A DNA stretch of 64,000 bases, from positions 76,136,001 to 76,200,000 of the forward strand of contig OX597831.1 of NCBI GenBank assembly GCA_951406725.2, written 5' to 3'. Below, in pieces: positions 59,642-64,000 of this stretch (within the stretch, counting starts at the first letter, position 1; the number at the start of each line of letters is the position of its first letter). The notes beneath the pieces are model-generated. The model ran no database searches and was not told the origin of the DNA. It saw nothing but the letters and a program-made list of their open reading frames with translations. This DNA comes from Octopus vulgaris. Its lineage: Eukaryota. The position numbers and the translations under genes were made by a program.

Positions 59642-59833
59642 ATATTCTATTGTGTCTGGGGAGGGTCATTTTCTTTTGGTGCCTTATAATGTAACACACT
59701 CACCGGTAAAATTTCCATTTATACCTTATTTTTATTCTCCTAAAATTTTCTTTGTGTCTTGCAGCCTTTTCAATAGCGTGTTAAATTATAAGGCACAAAA
59801 AGAAAATGACTCTACCCAGACATAACAGAATAT
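59642..59833. mobile_element. MITE-like element with terminal inverted repeats of about 55 bp
   Basis: ATATTCTATTGTGTCTGGGGAGGGTCATTTTCTTTTGGTGCCTTATAATGTAACAC versus GTGTTAAATTATAAGGCACAAAAAGAAAATGACTCTACCCAGACATAACAGAATAT. Confidence 0.7.
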
Positions 59834-59899
59834 GCTTCAACAAACGACCTAAAGAATCTTGCAAACCAAATCCAAAAAGGAAATATAATCTAAAATGCT

Positions 59900-60700
59900 A
59901 TTTCCTTCTCAGGACAATGAGGTGTTGATTTGAGGGTGATTTGGTAGCTATTCCTAGCATGTCGAGCAACCGTATAGAGACTCCTATTGTTTCATTTTCT
60001 GCTTGCATCTGAAAAGACATTGAAACGGAAACAAAATGATAAATTTAAACTAAAAAATGAAAGTAACCCGTATAGGACCAAATATTTGCCAAAAACTGAC
60101 AACTACCTTAAAGTAATTAATAAACCTATCGCGACCATCCGGTCATTTGCTTGCTTTCCGTACTTTTCTATGATTACATTAAACAAAGTGTCTTTTCTAT
60201 TTTTCTAATATGCTACGGTGTTGGAATGAGAGTGATTTAGCTGATATTTCTAGCAAGCCGATCGATCACGTAGAAGCTCGTTGTTTCGCCTTCTGTCGTA
60301 TGCGCCGCATCTAAAGATGGAATGAGGTAAAACGAATAGCTTCGGAAAAGGACCTCTAACTTTAAGTAACAAATAAATCAAAAATCAAACGCAATCCTGT
60401 GGTGACCATCACATCATCTGTTTCCTTTTCTGACTTATCTTGAAGTACATTATCAGATATGCGCTTTCCTTTACTATTGCAGTAAGGTGTTGATTTGAGG
60501 TGATTTAGCTACTATTTCTGGCTAGCCTGTCAAGCAACCACTCAGAGACCCTGCCATTTCCCCCTTCCCGTTGTAAGTATTGCATCTAAAAATATATGGA
60601 AACATAAAACAGAATGATAAATTTAAACTAAAAATTGAAAGTGACCTTTATAGAATCGAATACTCTCCAAAACTGACCTCCACCTTAAAGTAATAAATAC
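59900..60700. repeat. Three diverged tandem units (about 250-300 bp) containing the family C motif
   Basis: GTGTTG..GTGATTT.G...TATT.CT.GC..GCATCT.AA..(ATGATAAATTTAAACTAAAAA)..C.TTAAAGTAA recurs from about 59920, 60218 and 60486. Confidence 0.7.
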
Positions 60701-61039
60701 GTTTCTCATGAATAGTTTACATTCTTCATTTAGATGTATCAGTTCGGTCGTCACCTCCCAACACAGAACTCGACCGGCAGCCATCTTGATTTATTCTTTC
60801 AACGTTTTGATCTATTGGGTTCAGTGGCGCCACAATCACATTTCGAACGAGTCTCCTACACACATTTCTCAACTCCACCAACGATGAGTGCAAGATGCTA
60901 TAATTTCATTGTTGAGAATAAAGGGAATTAATTCTGTGTCAGTTAAAACAGCAAAGGTTCGTGGTCAAGTGGTTAGCGGTGTAGTATTTCACTCGTAAGA
61001 CCGTGGTTTCGATTTCCGGACCGGGTGACGCACCATTTT

Positions 61040-61075
<36 letters not shown>

Positions 61076-61082
<7 letters not shown>

Positions 61083-61380
61083 ATCACGTGACCGACAAGA
61101 CCATCAGATGTTATTACACATCGCTGGTCACAATGCGTTCGCATTGTTTTAGCCTTCGAATGACGCCACCCCGCTGGCTAAGCGAGCAGGCCAACAGAAG
61201 AAAGACTGGGAGAAAGAGTGGTGAAAGAGTACAGCAGGGATCACCACCCCCTGCCGGAGCCTCGTGGAGCTTTTAGGTGTTTTCGCTCAATAAACACACA
61301 CAACGCCCGGTCTGGGAATCGAAACCGCGATTCTGCGACCGCGAGTCCGCTGCCCTAACCACTAGGCCATTGCGCCTCCA
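61076..61380 (-). mobile_element. tRNA-derived SINE (same head as 7313-7705, different tail), nested in an older SINE
   Basis: Minus head GGAGGCGCAATGGCCTAGTGGTTAGGGC..GGTTTCGATTCCC; tail ends GGTCACGTGATCACGTGA(TA)n. Confidence 0.85.
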
Positions 61381-61396
61381 CACACACACATATATG

Positions 61397-61450
<54 letters not shown>

Positions 61451-61727
61451 GCAAAACATTTCATTTCGAATTGCACCAACCCCCCTCAGCCGTAAATGAG
61501 TACCAGCAATAACCGATGAGTTAACTCTGCGTTAGACTGTCCCCTCCAGGGGGGACAGTGTTGAATGCATATTATGTATGCATGTATGTATGTATGTATA
61601 TATATATATGTGTGTGTGTGTGAGTGTGTGTGCACTGGTGCGGGCGTGTATAGATACGCATATACACCTAACACAATACATATGCACTTGCATGCAAATA
61701 CACACATACACAAACAAGAGAATATAT

Positions 61728-61834
<107 letters not shown>

Positions 61835-61983
61835 TGTATACACAAACATATGTATGTGTGCGTGTGTGTCTATGTCTATGTGAGCGTAACAGAAATTAAA
61901 ATGTTTCTTTTGGTCGCCATCTTTTCTTCGTTGTTCGTCCATTTGTTTTTCCCCACATCCACTTCCAACTCACCATTTAGACA

Positions 61984-62024
<41 letters not shown>

Positions 62025-62327
62025 GCAACAACTGCAACAAAGCAACATGGCCGCAGCAGCGAAAATCTAATAATATTGCATTTTACTTACGTCAGCCAGA
62101 AATGACGAACTGTCACTCACTCATCTCCCTCCTACCAAACAAACCCCCCTCTCTCTCTCTGACTTTCTTTTTTCTTGTCTTCTCTGTCTTTTCCTCTCTT
62201 TATATAGACATACTTTTATACAAATACATAGACATGGAATCAGTCACTCACTCACACACACCACATACACTACACACATTCATGCAAGTATCTGTAAAAT
62301 ATATATTACAGATATAAGCATATATGA

Positions 62328-62372
<45 letters not shown>

Positions 62373-62692
62373 TAAGGTATATACAACATGGACAAGAATA
62401 TAACTCTTAAAAGACGACACAATAAACACGGACAGGACATTCGAAACCCTCAGTCTTATACATACATACATGCATATATATATATATACATACATACATA
62501 CATGCATATATATATATATATATATACATACATACATACATACATGCATATATATATATATATACATATATACATGCATATATATATATATATACATACA
62601 TACATGCATATATATATATATATACATACATACATGCATATATATATATCATCTCTGAGCGCGATATAAACAGTAGCAATACGGAATCGTTA

Positions 62693-62833
62693 ATATGTAA
62701 TTGTCAACCGAGTGTGGCGCCCTATACGGGACAGTGCTACTGACATTTATAGCCCCAGGAAGGCATCTCTTCCAGCTGGCTAACAGTAGCACTGTCCGGT
62801 ATAGGACACCACACTTGACTGGCAATTATATAT
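62693..62833. mobile_element. Hairpin/MITE-like element (arms about 50 bp)
   Basis: ATATGTAATTGTCAACCGAGTGTGGCGCCCTATACGGGACAGTGCTACTG versus CAGTAGCACTGTCCGGTATAGGACACCACACTTGACTGGCAATTATATAT; inner TAGCC/GGCTA and GGAAG/CTTCC also pair. Confidence 0.75.
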
Positions 62834-62859
62834 ATATATTTATTATTTTTATTTTATTT

Positions 62860-62901
62860 TATCTAGTTTCAGCTCACGAGCTGTGGCCATGCTGGGGCAC
62901 C

Positions 62902-62904
<3 letters not shown>
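62860..62904 (-). mobile_element. Extremely truncated CR1-group LINE tail
   Basis: Minus GGCGGTGCCCCAGCATGGCCACAGCTCGTGAGCTGAAACTAGAT(AAAAT)n within (TA)n. Confidence 0.75.
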
Positions 62905-62977
<73 letters not shown>

Positions 62978-63835
62978 GGAAAATGTGTTGCTGAAAATGC
63001 ACTTAAATTTCAAAACCTCGTGAATGTTTAAAATACATTTATTTACATATGTACCAAACTAGTTTCAACGTTATTTTTTGTTTATCAATGGCAAAAGTGT
63101 AAAAACATCGTTATAAGTTTCAAAGTGGACAAATCAAAATTAAATTATAATATTTCAATGTTGATAAATTATCATGTTCAAAACAGAAGATGTAAGTTTG
63201 AAATTATAACTGTATATTAATTTGTTGGAATGTGCAAGGTTCATTAATTTCAGTGGTGGTCGACAAGTCGTACTGAAAAAACTATGAGAATTGAAATAGT
63301 AAAAAAAAATGGGAAATTACTGTTTCTCAGATATTTAAACAGTCGGTTCCGCATGCTGAAGACAACTTAAGTCCGCTAAGGTCTGAATACATTGTCTCTA
63401 CCCTCAAAGCAGTAAAATAAATAAATAAATAAATAAATAACGTCCGACTCGCACATAAACGACAAACTAAATGCACTCTGGGTAACCGGAAACCAGGTAA
63501 GCAAGCTACTTTTATTCATCGGATTTGCCATAAAGGCAATACACAGATGTAGCTTTTGCGGGCTGGACATAGACATTAATGAATGATGGTGATGGACGAA
63601 AATGGTGATGGGAGAAGACGAAAGCGCCCGCCGACTTCCGCTTCTCTAAGACAATGTTCTTTTTTCCAAAAATTTCACAAAAAAATTCCAAAATTTTACA
63701 AATGTCACAAGAGGCAATGAACCTCTTTTTCAATATGATGCACAAGCATCCACAGGTTCAAGTTACTCGGCCGACCAGCTCTCTTGCTTTATCGAGGCAA
63801 TCACACTTTGTCGGCCGGCAGTATTCAGGTATAAA

Positions 63836-64000
63836 TCAAAAGGTATCCTCCGGGAAGGAATTCACGATCCTGCACATATCGCTGTCCCATAGGACCTCCG
63901 CAGCCACCTGCGAAGGCCACTCAGGATCCTCCCATGGTCTTTTCTCTTTTATTTTCCCTATCACGTTCTCCAGTGTTCCTCCTTTGTGGAAGAAGACCAC
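63836..64000 (-). CDS. C-terminal end of an unidentified ORF running off the window (possibly TE-encoded)
   Basis: 54 open codons of non-repetitive, GC-richer sequence: VVFFHKGGTLENVIGKIKEKRPWEDPEWPSQVAAEVLWDSDMCRIVNSFPEDTF*; no homology recognised. Confidence 0.25.
   Translation of the reverse strand: MVFFHKGGTLENVIGKIKEKRPWEDPEWPSQVAAEVLWDSDMCRIVNSFPEDTF

Overview
Eukaryotic, AT-rich, extremely microsatellite-dense non-coding DNA with one 100-N scaffold gap. The SINE types and the (TA)n/(CA)n/(ATT)n load suggest an octopus or other coleoid cephalopod genome (inference). No host protein-coding gene can be supported; almost every ORF in the track is a translation of simple repeats. Recognisable content is retroelement debris: 5'-truncated CR1-group LINE 3' ends sitting in (TA)n, two R4/Dong-like RLE fragments in (TAA)n, a Penelope-like (PLE) RT/GIY-YIG remnant, a Gypsy 3' LTR with PPT and decayed pol, and many SINEs of several families. 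The most notable signals are (i) several hammerhead-ribozyme-like motifs of the small PLE-associated type, including a direct pair 901 nt apart that could excise a retrozyme-like RNA and one motif whose three hammerhead strands occur in a non-canonical order, and (ii) a recurring fold-back architecture in which copies of one (TA)n-embedded family are inverted on themselves at different positions, forming long hairpins. All RNA-structure calls were made by eye and need computational and biochemical testing.
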